Source of the DNA: an uncultured Collinsella sp.
GTDB lineage: Bacteria; Actinomycetota; Coriobacteriia; Coriobacteriales; Coriobacteriaceae
Direction: 5' to 3'
Length of the DNA stretch: 64,000 bases
Assembly (NCBI GenBank): GCA_959600835.1
Contig: CAUGNQ010000001.1
Location: 41,175 to 105,174 of the forward strand
This document shows, in pieces, positions 1 through 10,064 of the stretch. Below the pieces are notes generated by a model. That model had not been told where the DNA came from. It saw only the letters and a list, made by a program, of their open reading frames with translations, and made no database searches. Position 1 is the stretch's first letter, and each line of letters begins with the position of its first letter. Both the position numbers and the translations under genes were made by a program.

Positions 1-524
1 ATCAGGTATGTTCCCTCGGCGCAGACGGCGTTGCAAAAATCGGCGCGTGCCTCAAAGTAGCAGACATCCGCCACGGGAATGAACACCTTTTTACCCCCAC
101 GATCCACCGTCAGGCGAAGGGGCTGGCGCGGGGTATGGACAGCGCGGCGAACACCCAGGGCGGTTTCGATCTTGTCGAGCGCCTTCGACAGGCGCGCGTC
201 CTCGACCGGCTTGACGATGTAATCGACGGCATCGAGGTTATAGGCATCGGCCGCATACTCGGCAAATGCCGTCACAAACACCACGACCGGCGGCGTCTTT
301 AGGTTCTGCAGCGTCTCGGCAAGCTCGATTCCCGAGCGACCGGGCATCGTGATATCCAAAAACAAGACGTCGGGCTTGTTCGACAGGATCGATTCCACAG
401 CCTCGGTGACATTGCCCGCCTCGGCAATCTGGCCCACACGCGCATCCTTTTCCAACAGATAACGTAGCTCAGCCCTAATAGGGGGCTCGTCATCAACCAC
501 CAAGATGTTCCATCCCTCGGACAT
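1..524 (-). CDS. LytTR-family two-component response regulator (3' end runs off the window)
   Basis: Manual minus-strand translation from ATG at 524: MSEGWNILVVDDEPP...FLDITMPG...VVFVTAF...DYIVKP (receiver motifs). It lies directly downstream of a LytS-type kinase. Not in the ORF track because it is truncated. Confidence 0.85.
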   Translation of the reverse strand, partial: MSEGWNILVVDDEPPIRAELRYLLEKDARVGQIAEAGNVTEAVESILSNKPDVLFLDITMPGRSGIELAETLQNLKTPPVVVFVTAFAEYAADAYNLDAVDYIVKPVEDARLSKALDKIETALGVRRAVHTPRQPLRLTVDRGGKKVFIPVADVCYFEARADFCNAVCAEGTYL

Positions 525-564
525 ATGCGCTTCCCCTCTTTTTTTCTCTCAATCCAACCGCGCG

Positions 565-1956
565 CTACACCTTCATCGGCGGCGGCTCATGCGGCTCGCC
601 GTTCAGCTCGACGATGACCTGTGTTCCCACGCCTTCCTGGGACTTCACGCGCATGCCAGAATCTTCTCCGTAAAAGAAATGGATGCGCTGAAGCACGTTG
701 AAGAGCGCCAGGCCGCAACCTCGCTTGATGGATCCGTCGGCGGTAATGCTCTCGGGCTCCTCTCGGCGATGCTGCTCAAACAGATGCGCGCAGACTTCTT
801 CGCTCATACCGATGCCGTCATCTTCGACGATGATCTCCAAGCCGTCATCGGTCTCAAAAGCCCTAACACGAATAGAAAGCGGCTCGGTCTCGCGCTGCGC
901 ATGCTTGATGCAGTTTTCGAGCAACGGCTGCAAGATAAACGGCGGCACCATGCAATCGCGCACCTCAAAGTCGATATCGACCGAGACGCGCAGACGGCCG
1001 TCGCCATACCGGGCCTGCATAAGATTGATATAACGGGTGCCCTGTTCCACCTCATGCTCGAGCGTGGTGAGCGTATCGGAGTCAGAAAGCGTCTGACGAT
1101 AGTAATTGGAAAAATCGATGAGCAGCGATCGCGCCTTGTCGGGCTCGGTTCGAACGAGCAACACGATCGTGCTAATGGTGTTGAACAGAAAATGCGGGTC
1201 GACCTGCGACTGCAGGGCCCGAAGCTCCACGCGGGCTGTGAGCTCGTCCTGGCGCTCGAGCTCAAAGCTGGCGAGCTGCGTGGAGATGAGATCGGCAAAA
1301 CCCGAGGCCAACGCCGTCTGGCGCATATCGATGCTGCTCAGGCGGGGATAGTACAGCTCGAGCGTACCCACGCAATGCCCGCGCACGGTAAGCGGCGCGA
1401 CAATGCCGGCGCGCAGGCGGGGAAAATAGCCGCCCGTCTCATTGGAGGCGTCGCGCGAAAATACACTCTGCTCGCCGGACTCGATCACGTTGAGCGTGGT
1501 CTTGAGCACAACCGGGGTGCCGGCAGGGCACTTTGCCGAGTCCTCGCCCCAGCTTGCCAACACCTGTTTGCCATCGGTAAAGCAGATGGCAGAGGCGATG
1601 GTCTCGGACAGGATAATTTTAGAGGCGCCCAGGGCCGCTTCGGGCGTAAGGCCGCGCGACGTGTAGGCGAATATTTTTGATGCGATGGCGAGCGTACGGT
1701 CGGTTGCGCTCGATGTGAGGTCGTCGGGGACCACAAAGACATACGAGAAAAAGAAGCACAGCATGACCAGGCCGGCAATAACGACAACGCCCGGAACGGG
1801 ATTGGGATTATCGGTTAAATCCCAGATAAGCAGCAGGATAAGCGCCGGAACGACAATACCGAGCAGGATGGCCTGAACCACATGCTGGGCCGTACGAAAG
1901 ACCTTGGTAGAGTTGTAGCTCTTGCCCAGAATCAGCCTGTTTAAATCCACCGTCAT
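565..1956 (-). CDS. LytS/YesM-type sensor histidine kinase
   Basis: Two N-terminal TM segments, GAF-like region, LRALQSQVDPHFLFNTI (His_kinase motif), ILQPLLENCIKH, DDGIG and GCGLAL ATPase boxes. Confidence 0.92.
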   Translation of the reverse strand: MTVDLNRLILGKSYNSTKVFRTAQHVVQAILLGIVVPALILLLIWDLTDNPNPVPGVVVIAGLVMLCFFFSYVFVVPDDLTSSATDRTLAIASKIFAYTSRGLTPEAALGASKIILSETIASAICFTDGKQVLASWGEDSAKCPAGTPVVLKTTLNVIESGEQSVFSRDASNETGGYFPRLRAGIVAPLTVRGHCVGTLELYYPRLSSIDMRQTALASGFADLISTQLASFELERQDELTARVELRALQSQVDPHFLFNTISTIVLLVRTEPDKARSLLIDFSNYYRQTLSDSDTLTTLEHEVEQGTRYINLMQARYGDGRLRVSVDIDFEVRDCMVPPFILQPLLENCIKHAQRETEPLSIRVRAFETDDGLEIIVEDDGIGMSEEVCAHLFEQHRREEPESITADGSIKRGCGLALFNVLQRIHFFYGEDSGMRVKSQEGVGTQVIVELNGEPHEPPPMKV

Positions 1957-2067
1957 CCCCTCTTGTCCTTAGCACCCATAGCAATAAAGAGGGCCGCAAG
2001 CGACCCTCTCCATTGCATTATGCAATCAAAAACTGTGTTTTACATCCAGCCATCGACAAACGGTATC

Positions 2068-3345
2068 TTAGGCGCTGTATTTGTTGGCCTCGCCAAAGGT
2101 GCCAGCCTCGACGATCCAGCCGTCCTTCATGATGACGTCCATGTTGTCGGTGTTGAGCACGTGGATGTCGGCGGCGACGTCACCGTTGACAACCAGCAGG
2201 TCGGCGCACTTGCCGGCCTCGATGGAACCGGTCTCGTCCTCGATGTGGCACATCTTGGCACCGTTGAGGGTGGCGCAGGTGATGGTCTCGACCGGAGTGA
2301 AGCCGATCTTGTCGACGAACTCGTACATCTCCTCGATGGAGCAGGTGCCGTACGGGGTGACGAAGGAGAAGGAGTCGGAGCCGATCGTCATGACGACGCC
2401 GCGCTTCTTGGCCTCGCGCAGGCAGTCGTAGTTGCGCTGCAGCTCCTTCTCGACCAGGGTGCCCTCGTACTTGTCGTGCAGCTCGGGGACGTAGACGGGC
2501 GGATAGGTGGCGTACCAGGTGGGCAGGAAGGCGATCGTCGGGGTGAAGAAGGTGCCCTGCTCGGCCATGAGGTCCATGGTGCGCTCATCGATATCGAAGC
2601 CGTGAATCAGCTGCTCGCAGCCAAAGCGAACGGAGTCGTAGGCGGCGGCGTGGTTGTTGTAGCAGTGACTCCACACGGGGATGCCGACCATCTTTGCCTC
2701 TTCGACCACGGCCTGGATCTCCTCGGAGCAATAGTGCTGGTCGCGACCGGAATCCCAACGCCAGATGCCGCCACCGGTAGCCCAGATCTTTATGGCATCG
2801 GGGTTCTCGCGCAGGCGACGACGGACGGCCTTGCGCAGATCCCAAGGACCATCGACCTGGTCGCCCCAGGGATGGGATTCCTTGTTGAGCTCCTGGGTGC
2901 AGTGGTGGGAGTCACCGTGGCCGGCAACACGGCAGAAGCCGAGTCCGGTGGCCAGAACGCGCGGGCCCTTGAAGACGCCCTTGTCGATGCAGTCGCGAAT
3001 CTGGATACCAAAGCGGCCGATCTCGCAGACGGTGGTGAGGCCGTGGGTGAGGCAGTCGTAGGCCTGCTTGACGGCGACGGCCTGCTTCTCGAGGAGCGGC
3101 TGCATGACCCAGTCGGTGTCATCGTCGGTCAGGTTGCCCGAGAAGTGCAGGTGGGTGTCGATCAGGCCGGGAAGGACGGTCTTGCCGGTGGCGTCGATAA
3201 CCTCAACGCCCTCGGGAAGGTCCTGCATAGCACCGGCATACTCGATCTTGCCGTTGTCGTCGACGAGAACGAGGGAGTTCTCGACCGGCTCGGCACCGGT
3301 ACCGTCGATGAGCTTACCGCCAACGATTGCGTACTTAGTGGACAT
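2068..3345 (-). CDS. Metal-dependent amidohydrolase (Xaa-Pro dipeptidase-like superfamily)
   Basis: PGLIDTHLH metal-binding motif, IKIWATGG, GSD, GSIEAGKCADLL. Confidence 0.9.
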   Translation of the reverse strand: MSTKYAIVGGKLIDGTGAEPVENSLVLVDDNGKIEYAGAMQDLPEGVEVIDATGKTVLPGLIDTHLHFSGNLTDDDTDWVMQPLLEKQAVAVKQAYDCLTHGLTTVCEIGRFGIQIRDCIDKGVFKGPRVLATGLGFCRVAGHGDSHHCTQELNKESHPWGDQVDGPWDLRKAVRRRLRENPDAIKIWATGGGIWRWDSGRDQHYCSEEIQAVVEEAKMVGIPVWSHCYNNHAAAYDSVRFGCEQLIHGFDIDERTMDLMAEQGTFFTPTIAFLPTWYATYPPVYVPELHDKYEGTLVEKELQRNYDCLREAKKRGVVMTIGSDSFSFVTPYGTCSIEEMYEFVDKIGFTPVETITCATLNGAKMCHIEDETGSIEAGKCADLLVVNGDVAADIHVLNTDNMDVIMKDGWIVEAGTFGEANKYSA

Positions 3346-3476
3346 GGTTCCTCCTTATGGATCCATATAGTGGGCGAGGCCATGTTGGGTTATGGCCTCA
3401 CAAAGCTACCCAAGTGGTGCCGGGTTCGGTGCGCGGAAGAGAGGGGTCCGCGCACCCGATCCGCCCCGGCTAGGCG

Positions 3477-4928
3477 TTATTTTTTGCGGGAATTGGTGAA
3501 GGCCATGAGGGCCAGGCCAACGGCCAGCCAGCCGATCACGATGCTCCACTCCACCATGTTGAGGGAGGCGGGAGAGAACGGGACCACGAGCAGGCCAATG
3601 ATGACGGCGCAGGCAGCGACAGCGAGGCTGATGCCAAACTTGCCGCCGGGCACCTCGTAGGGACGAGGCAGGTCGGGCTCGGTGAAGCGCATGCGCAGGC
3701 AAGCGAGGGCGACCATGCCGCAGGAGAAGATGAAGGCGAGAGCCGACACGTTGGTCAGAGGGATGAGCATGTTCTTGCCCAGGAACGGACCGATGACGGT
3801 GATGACGCCCAGAACGGCGCAGGCGAGCTTGGGAGCGCCGGACTTGGGATCGACCTCGGCGAACTTCTCGGGCAGCTGGCCCTTGCGGCCCATGGCGAGC
3901 ATGATGCGGCTCGTAGCGCCGTAGAAGGAGTTCATCGGGCCCATGGGTCCAAGCGTGGCGATGACGAGCATGGCCAGGTACAGGAGCATGTTGATGCCCT
4001 TGAGGCAGGCAAGCGCGGGAACCGGGCTCTTAACAAACTCATGCCAGTCGAGGATGGTGCCGAACGAGTAGATGCAGACCATGTAGAAGCCGCCGGCGGC
4101 CAGCAGGGCCAGGGAGATGATCTTGCCGAACTTGTTCCAGTTGAGGCCCTCGGCTGCTTCCTCAGCCTGCTGAGGAATGGTGTCGAAGCCGGCGTAGAAG
4201 AACGGGGTCAGAACCAGGACCGACACGATGCCGGCGAACAGGCTGGTGCCCTCGGTAGCGGGCTTGCCGCCGCCAGCACCGGTGACCTGGGAGAACACGG
4301 GCATGGCGTGTTCCGGCGAACCGGTGAACAGCGAGACGCCCATGGCAAGCAGCATGCCGCAGAGCAGGGCCTTGGTCAGGAAGGCCTGGAGCTTGGCGGC
4401 CGAGCTGGCACCGCGGAAGTTGAGGAAGATGACGTAGGCTGCAAAGCCGAGCGCGATCAACGTCGGGAACAGGTAAACGTCGGCGCCCAGGATGGTGTAG
4501 AGCTTGACGGCGCGCAGCCACTCAAGGCCGGGCAGGCTGCCGAACATCTCGGACACGAGGGTCGAGATGGCGATGGCCTCCCACGGGCACAGGATGCCGT
4601 TGCCCAGGGCCAGGAGCCAGCCAGTGATGTAGCTCATCGTACGGCCAAAGCTACGATCGACATACTCGACGATGCCGCCCGAAATGGGGATAGCAGCCGT
4701 GAGCTCACCGAAAACAGCTCCGACGGGCACGAGGAAGATCGCGCCCAAGAGGAATGCGATCATAGCGGGAACGGGACCGCCGCCCACGACCATCCAGTCG
4801 CCGACCTGCAGAACCCAGCCGGTACCGATGATGGCACCGAAACCGATGGTGAAGAAGTTCCAGAGCGAAAGCGTTTTCTTCATGCCACCGTTACCTTCGA
4901 CTGCAACTTCTGCGTTCTTGTCCGCCAT
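3477..4928 (-). CDS. APC-family amino acid permease
   Basis: GAIIGTGW TM1 motif, FYAGFD, many hydrophobic helices, LPRPYEVP. Confidence 0.92.
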   Translation of the reverse strand: MADKNAEVAVEGNGGMKKTLSLWNFFTIGFGAIIGTGWVLQVGDWMVVGGGPVPAMIAFLLGAIFLVPVGAVFGELTAAIPISGGIVEYVDRSFGRTMSYITGWLLALGNGILCPWEAIAISTLVSEMFGSLPGLEWLRAVKLYTILGADVYLFPTLIALGFAAYVIFLNFRGASSAAKLQAFLTKALLCGMLLAMGVSLFTGSPEHAMPVFSQVTGAGGGKPATEGTSLFAGIVSVLVLTPFFYAGFDTIPQQAEEAAEGLNWNKFGKIISLALLAAGGFYMVCIYSFGTILDWHEFVKSPVPALACLKGINMLLYLAMLVIATLGPMGPMNSFYGATSRIMLAMGRKGQLPEKFAEVDPKSGAPKLACAVLGVITVIGPFLGKNMLIPLTNVSALAFIFSCGMVALACLRMRFTEPDLPRPYEVPGGKFGISLAVAACAVIIGLLVVPFSPASLNMVEWSIVIGWLAVGLALMAFTNSRKK

Positions 4929-5289
4929 TGTTCCCCTCCTTTCCTTATTGACGCCTCTTTGGCGTCACCCCTTGCGCGGTCTGTTTTGCCGCGCACTTTT
5001 ATTTCGTGGCTTTAAGATACGGCCTCGGCGTCGCGCTACCGCTTATGGCTCGACCGAAGGCAGAACTCGCATATGAGTGGCGCCGTTTTTGGGACGAACG
5101 GCACGGTTTGCCGCTCATTGTTGTCGCCCGTCCGACGGGCGTACGCTCATTGGACGCATATAGAAATGTTTTTGAGGCCGTGTGTTTTGCGCCTTTCGTA
5201 CCGTTTACCGAGCTTTTGACGCTCGGACCCATTTGTTGCACATCCTTTTTGTAGGATAGACAGGTTATACATGAGACAAGGCGGTACGA

Positions 5290-6324
5290 ATGGCATACGG
5301 ATACAACGACGGTGATCAACGGCGACAAAGCGTTCGCCTTGCTGGCCGCACCACGCCGATGCCCAGAAGTGCCACGAGCAGCAATCCGCAACGCCCTCAA
5401 GAGCAACCCGGGCCTTCGTCTCGGCAGCAGACAAACAGAACACGGCAGAGCGGCCGTCCGAGCACGGGCACAAGCGCACAGCAAGATAGCCGCTTGGGCG
5501 CGCGCACTCGACAGCGCCAAGCCGAGGTTCCGCAACTGCGCCGCAACGGCGCACGTCAGCCCGGCATCCATATCAACCGCTTCTTTTCGCATCCCCAAGG
5601 CGGACGCGACGGCAAGCCCTACCGCTCGACATCGTACGTGAATGCCCCCGCCCTGCCGGCTCGTCGGCTTTGCCTCGCACTGTGCTCTATCCTCATCTGT
5701 CTGGTCTTTGTGCTTATGAGCTCCTGTATGTCCCACGGCTCGGCCGGTCTCGAGCCCACCGCCGAGGACAAGCTGCTCAAGGCCCCCGTCGCGCCCGGTT
5801 ATTCTTTCGCCTTTTCGACTCCGCGCTCGCAATGGCAAGCCGGCACGATGCCCCATATCTATCAGATCGACCCTGCGTGGTCGGAGCTGCCCTATGCCGG
5901 TGGCACTATTCGCGAAAACGCTTGCGGTCCCACTTGCCTCACCATGGTCTATATCTTTAAGACCGGCCGCACCGATATGACACCGGTCGACATGTGCGCC
6001 CTTTCCGAGGCGGGCAACTATGCCCCCACCGGCGCCACCGAATGGTCATTTATGACGCGCGGCGCATGGCAGCTGGGCCTTAACGGAACGGAGCTTCATA
6101 ACGATCGCGACTCGATGACTCAGGTGCTGCGTTCGGGAGCGCCCGTCATCGCCGCCGTTCGGCCGGGCACCTTTACCAACGTGGGCCACTACATTGTGCT
6201 TTACGGTATTGACGACGCCGACCAGATTGAAGTCTTCGATCCCAACTCGGCCAGCCGCAGCGCCCGACGCTGGGGCGTCGTAGAGGTCCTCAACGAAGTC
6301 GAAGCCATGTGGGCCTACTACTAG
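5290..6324 (+). CDS. Membrane-anchored C39-like (papain-fold) peptidase domain protein
   Basis: Disordered N-terminus, one TM helix, then YQIDPAW, ACGPTCLTM (catalytic Cys), GHYIVL (His) and FDPNS (Asp). Confidence 0.8.
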   Translation: MAYGYNDGDQRRQSVRLAGRTTPMPRSATSSNPQRPQEQPGPSSRQQTNRTRQSGRPSTGTSAQQDSRLGARTRQRQAEVPQLRRNGARQPGIHINRFFSHPQGGRDGKPYRSTSYVNAPALPARRLCLALCSILICLVFVLMSSCMSHGSAGLEPTAEDKLLKAPVAPGYSFAFSTPRSQWQAGTMPHIYQIDPAWSELPYAGGTIRENACGPTCLTMVYIFKTGRTDMTPVDMCALSEAGNYAPTGATEWSFMTRGAWQLGLNGTELHNDRDSMTQVLRSGAPVIAAVRPGTFTNVGHYIVLYGIDDADQIEVFDPNSASRSARRWGVVEVLNEVEAMWAYY

Positions 6325-6590
6325 TCACTGGGGACAGACTTAAATGAGTGGTCTCTGGATGCCCGGAACTGCTGGCACGGAAAGCGCACCCCGCTTTGAA
6401 GTTCGATAGCGGGATGCGCTTTCCGTTAGCGGCCTGTTTGGGAAACTGGGGGCCATTTTTCGGGCAAATTCCGGGATGTATTTTCCGGTTGAGGGCCCCG
6501 GGGAAACTGTGCCCCATTTTGGACGCTCATTGTGAGATGCACTTTCCGCAGTTGATTGGTGCTACTCATTTAAGTCTGTCCCCAATGACT
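6323..6590. repeat. Element with 27-bp terminal inverted repeats (1 mismatch) enclosing six alternating 14-bp motifs; MITE/REP-like
   Basis: agtcactggggacagacttaaatgagt (6323-6349) pairs with actcatttaagtctgtccccaatgact (6564-6590). Internal GGAAA-N6-CCC-type motifs or their inverses start at 6379, 6411, 6441, 6473, 6502 and 6534. Confidence 0.75.
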
Positions 6591-6596
6591 ACCGAT

Positions 6597-7642
6597 AGCA
6601 AAAGCCCCGCAGTCGGAGCGGACTGCGGGGCTCATGAAGAGAGGCTAGTCTGTGGGCGCTTTGCCTGGCGCCCACGAGAGATGCAACGGAGTAGGGACTA
6701 CTCGTGGATGCGGGTACCGGAGAGGCCGGCCATGGTCTCGGCGGCCTTGTCCAGGGCGCCGATGATGCAGGTGCGGCCCTTGCGGGAGCGGGCGAACTTG
6801 ATGGCGGCGCGGACCTTGGGCTCCATGGAACCCTTGCCGAACTGGCCCTCGTCGGCCAGGCGCTCGGCCTCGTCGGCGGTGAGGTCCTCGAGCTCCTCCT
6901 GGTTGGGCTTGCCGAAGTTGATGGCGACATGCTCGACGGCGGTCAGCAGGAACAGGACGTCGGCGTCGCAGTCCTCGGCCAGCAGCTCGCCGCCCAGATC
7001 CTTGTCGATAACGGCGGGAACGCCCTTGTAGCAGCCCTTGTTCTCGTAGTCGCGGACGACGGGGATGCCGCCGCCACCGCAGGCGATGACGATGAACTCG
7101 TTGTCGAGCAGGTTGAGGATGGAGTCGGCCTCGACGATCTTCTTGGGATCGGGGGAGGCGACGACGCGACGCCAGCCGCGGCCGGAATCCTCGACGAAGA
7201 CCTTGGAGGGGTCCTCGGCCATGAACTCCTTGGCCTGCTCCTCGGTGTAGAAGGGGCCGATCGGCTTGGTCGGGTTCTTGAACGCGGGATCGTCCGGGTC
7301 GCACTCGATCTGGGTGACGACGGTGGCGGCGTGCCAACGCTTATAGCGCTTGTGCATCTCGCGGCCGATGCCCTGCTGCAGGTGGTAGCCGATGTAGCCC
7401 TGGGACATGGCGCCGCACTCGGGCAGCGGCATCTCGGGGGTGCCGATGGCGTCGTGGGCGGCGGCGAAGGCGTTCTGGATCATGCCGACCTGCGGGCCGT
7501 TGCCGTGGGTGATGATGATCTCGTTGCCCTGCTCGATGAGGCCGAGGAGCGCGTGGGCGGTGTTGCTCACGGCCTCGATCTGCTCGACGGGGTTGTTGCC
7601 GAGGGCGTTGCCGCCGAGGGCGACGACAATACGATCGGGCTT
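6597..7642. repeat. Direct repeat copy 1 (terminator plus nearly all of arcC); partner at 13722-14767
   Basis: Sequence near-identical to 13722-14767 at offset 7125; only the first few arcC codons differ in protein terms. Confidence 0.95.
6599..6632 (-). terminator. Rho-independent terminator after arcC copy 1
   Basis: aaaagccccgcagtc-ggagcg-gactgcggggct: GC-rich stem followed by a U-tract on the minus strand. Confidence 0.7.
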
Positions 7643-7660
7643 TCCGTACGGTTTACTCAT
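6698..7660 (-). CDS. arcC: Carbamate kinase (copy 1)
   Basis: VVALGGNAL, THGNGPQVG, NPTKPIGPF, RRVVASP, AVIDKD, GSMEPKV. Confidence 0.97.
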   Translation of the reverse strand: MSKPYGKPDRIVVALGGNALGNNPVEQIEAVSNTAHALLGLIEQGNEIIITHGNGPQVGMIQNAFAAAHDAIGTPEMPLPECGAMSQGYIGYHLQQGIGREMHKRYKRWHAATVVTQIECDPDDPAFKNPTKPIGPFYTEEQAKEFMAEDPSKVFVEDSGRGWRRVVASPDPKKIVEADSILNLLDNEFIVIACGGGGIPVVRDYENKGCYKGVPAVIDKDLGGELLAEDCDADVLFLLTAVEHVAINFGKPNQEELEDLTADEAERLADEGQFGKGSMEPKVRAAIKFARSRKGRTCIIGALDKAAETMAGLSGTRIHE

Positions 7661-7683
7661 AGTGTTCGTTCACTTCCCAGCTA

Positions 7684-8691
7684 CTAGCGAAGCGTCGCGT
7701 ACATCATGGCCTTAATGGTATGCATGCGGTTCTCGGCCTCCTGGAACACGCGAGACTGCGCGCTCTCAAAGACCTCGTCGGAAACCTCCATCTCGGTCAC
7801 GCCGAACTTCTCGGCAATCTCGGCGCCGATGGTGGTCTGCGTATCGTGGAAGCTCGGCAGGCAGTGCATAAAGATGGCGCCGGGGTTTGCCTTGGCCATG
7901 ACCTCGGGCGTTACTCGATAGGGAGAGAGAAGATCGATTCGGCTCTTCCACAGCTCCTCAGCCTGGCCCATACCGACCCAAACGTCCGTATAGATCACGT
8001 CTGCATCCTTGACGCCCTCGTCGATATCCTCAGTGAGCTGGATCGTGCAGCCATTCTGAGCGGCGATCTCCTGGCAGCGCTCAAGAAGCTCGGGATCGAA
8101 GTGCGTGGCGCCCTCGACATCGCCCTTGGGTCCGCAGGAGCAGAAGTTAATGCCGAGCTTGGCGCAGATAACCATCAGGGAGTCGCTGACGTTGCCCTGC
8201 TCCTTGCCCATATAGGTGAGCTTCATGCCGCGCGTGTCGCCAAACTCCTCACGCATGGTAAGAATGTCGGCAAGGGCCTGGGTGGGATGGTACTCGTTGG
8301 TCAGACCGTTCCAGACGGGAACGCCAGCCTTGGCGGCAAGCTCCTCGACGATCGACTGGTCGGAGCCGCGATACTCAATACCGTCATACATGCGACCGAG
8401 CACGCGGGCGGTATCCTCGATGGACTCTTTCTTGCCCATCTGCGACGAGCCGGGGTCGAGGTAGGTCACGCCCATACCCAGGTCCATACCGCCGACCTCG
8501 AAGGCACAGCGCGTGCGCGTGGAGGTCTTCTCAAACAGCAGGACAATGTTCTTGCCCTCGAGAAAGCGGTGCGGATACCCGGCGCGCTTCATATCCTTGA
8601 AGTTCTTTGAGAGGTCGAGCATGTACTCGATTTCCTCGGACGTAAAGTCAAGCAGGGTAAGAACGCTTCGACCAGAAAGATTAAGAGCCAT
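7684..8691 (-). CDS. argF: Ornithine carbamoyltransferase-family enzyme (catabolic; argF/arcB)
   Basis: STRTR, HPTQ and HCLP motifs. Likely start MALNLSGR at 8691. Confidence 0.9.
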   Translation of the reverse strand: MALNLSGRSVLTLLDFTSEEIEYMLDLSKNFKDMKRAGYPHRFLEGKNIVLLFEKTSTRTRCAFEVGGMDLGMGVTYLDPGSSQMGKKESIEDTARVLGRMYDGIEYRGSDQSIVEELAAKAGVPVWNGLTNEYHPTQALADILTMREEFGDTRGMKLTYMGKEQGNVSDSLMVICAKLGINFCSCGPKGDVEGATHFDPELLERCQEIAAQNGCTIQLTEDIDEGVKDADVIYTDVWVGMGQAEELWKSRIDLLSPYRVTPEVMAKANPGAIFMHCLPSFHDTQTTIGAEIAEKFGVTEMEVSDEVFESAQSRVFQEAENRMHTIKAMMYATLR

Positions 8692-8777
8692 GATTTGAGT
8701 CCTTTCGATTGTTGGAACACACAAGGAGGGATGGGCGGCGCAGACGCACACGCGCCGCCCAGATACGCTAAAGCTGA

Positions 8778-10022
8778 TTAGATTTCCTCACGCCAGAACG
8801 GCATGGTCATGCAGCGCGGGCCGCCGCGACCGCGAGAAAGCTCCTCGGAGGGAGCGACGAGCAGCTCGACGCCAGCCTTGTAAAGAGCATCGTTGGTGAC
8901 AACGTTGCGCTCATACACGCAGACCTTGCCCGGTGCGACCGCAAGAGTGTTGGAACCATCGTTCCACTGCTCACGGGAAGCCTCGATCGGATCGCCGCCA
9001 CCGCACTCAATCATGGTGATATGGTCCATACCCGTCGCAAGCTCGAGGATATGCTGCAGGGTGCCCTCGAGTTCCTCGATATGCACCTCCCCCTCCGAAT
9101 CGCCCTTGGTCAGGCGGTAGGCACGAAGCGTCTGGTAGATGCCGGGATAGACCGTGAACTTATCGCGATCGACCTGCGTGCAGACGGTGTCGAGGTGCAT
9201 GTAGGCATAGCCGTGCGGAATCTTGATGGCATAGATGTTCTCGATCTCGGCCTCATCGGAACCCCAGAACATATTCTTGGCGAGCTCATCGATGGCTGCA
9301 GTCTGGGTGCGCTCGGAAATACCGATGGCGAGCGTCTTGGCGTTGATGTTGAGGATATCGCCGCCCTCGATATGCCACTCGCTGTTGTGGTCGTACCAGA
9401 TGGGGCTACCGGCGTAATCGGGATGGTTGCGCAGCACCGTTTCGTAGAAGATTACCTCGCGGTTGCGCTGATTCCAGTACATGCGGTTCATGGTAGCGCC
9501 CTTGCCCACGACAGCCAGAGGGTCACGGGAGAAATACGAGGCCGGCATGGGGAACAGCACCATATCGTCAGCCTTCAACTCCTCGCCGTCCATACTGGCA
9601 AGAGAACCGCCAACCTTGGGGATCTCGAGGTCGCGAACGTAGAGGCCGCCCATGGCAGCAAGGACAAACTCCTTGTTGTCCTTAATCGAATCAAGCTTCT
9701 CGACAACGGCCTGGCGAAGGGCCGCGTTGGAGATGCCGGACTCACCCATGAACTTCGTCATGAACTCTGCGCGAGTGCCCTCGACTTTGTCAAACGTCTC
9801 AGCGAGCAGCTCTTCCATATAGACGACCTCGGCGCCAGCGCCGCGAAGAAGGTCGGTAAACTGATCGTGCTCTTTCTGGGCATAGTCCAGATAGAACGCG
9901 TCGTGAATCCAAACGCGGTCGAAATCCTCCGCCTTCATGTTTACAAGATCCATACCGGGGCGATGGACGCACACCTTCTTGAGGGCGCCAATCTCGCTAT
10001 GAACGTTCAGCCCTTTGTTCAT
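8778..10022 (-). CDS. arcA: Arginine deiminase-family enzyme
   Basis: [44 protein letters not shown]. Confidence 0.92.
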   Translation of the reverse strand: MNKGLNVHSEIGALKKVCVHRPGMDLVNMKAEDFDRVWIHDAFYLDYAQKEHDQFTDLLRGAGAEVVYMEELLAETFDKVEGTRAEFMTKFMGESGISNAALRQAVVEKLDSIKDNKEFVLAAMGGLYVRDLEIPKVGGSLASMDGEELKADDMVLFPMPASYFSRDPLAVVGKGATMNRMYWNQRNREVIFYETVLRNHPDYAGSPIWYDHNSEWHIEGGDILNINAKTLAIGISERTQTAAIDELAKNMFWGSDEAEIENIYAIKIPHGYAYMHLDTVCTQVDRDKFTVYPGIYQTLRAYRLTKGDSEGEVHIEELEGTLQHILELATGMDHITMIECGGGDPIEASREQWNDGSNTLAVAPGKVCVYERNVVTNDALYKAGVELLVAPSEELSRGRGGPRCMTMPFWREEI

Positions 10023-10064
10023 CTCTATCCTTCTTTCTCACAACTTGTATGTGGGGTTTTGCAT

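Noticed and set aside
5100..5160. cgctcattg direct repeats as LytTR sites
   Set aside because: Only two short copies 32 bp apart, not the usual ~21-22 bp spacing
5290..6324. C39-like protein as leader peptidase for the RiPP
   Set aside because: It is 16 kb away, outside the island and core-like in composition; the precursors show no convincing double-glycine leader
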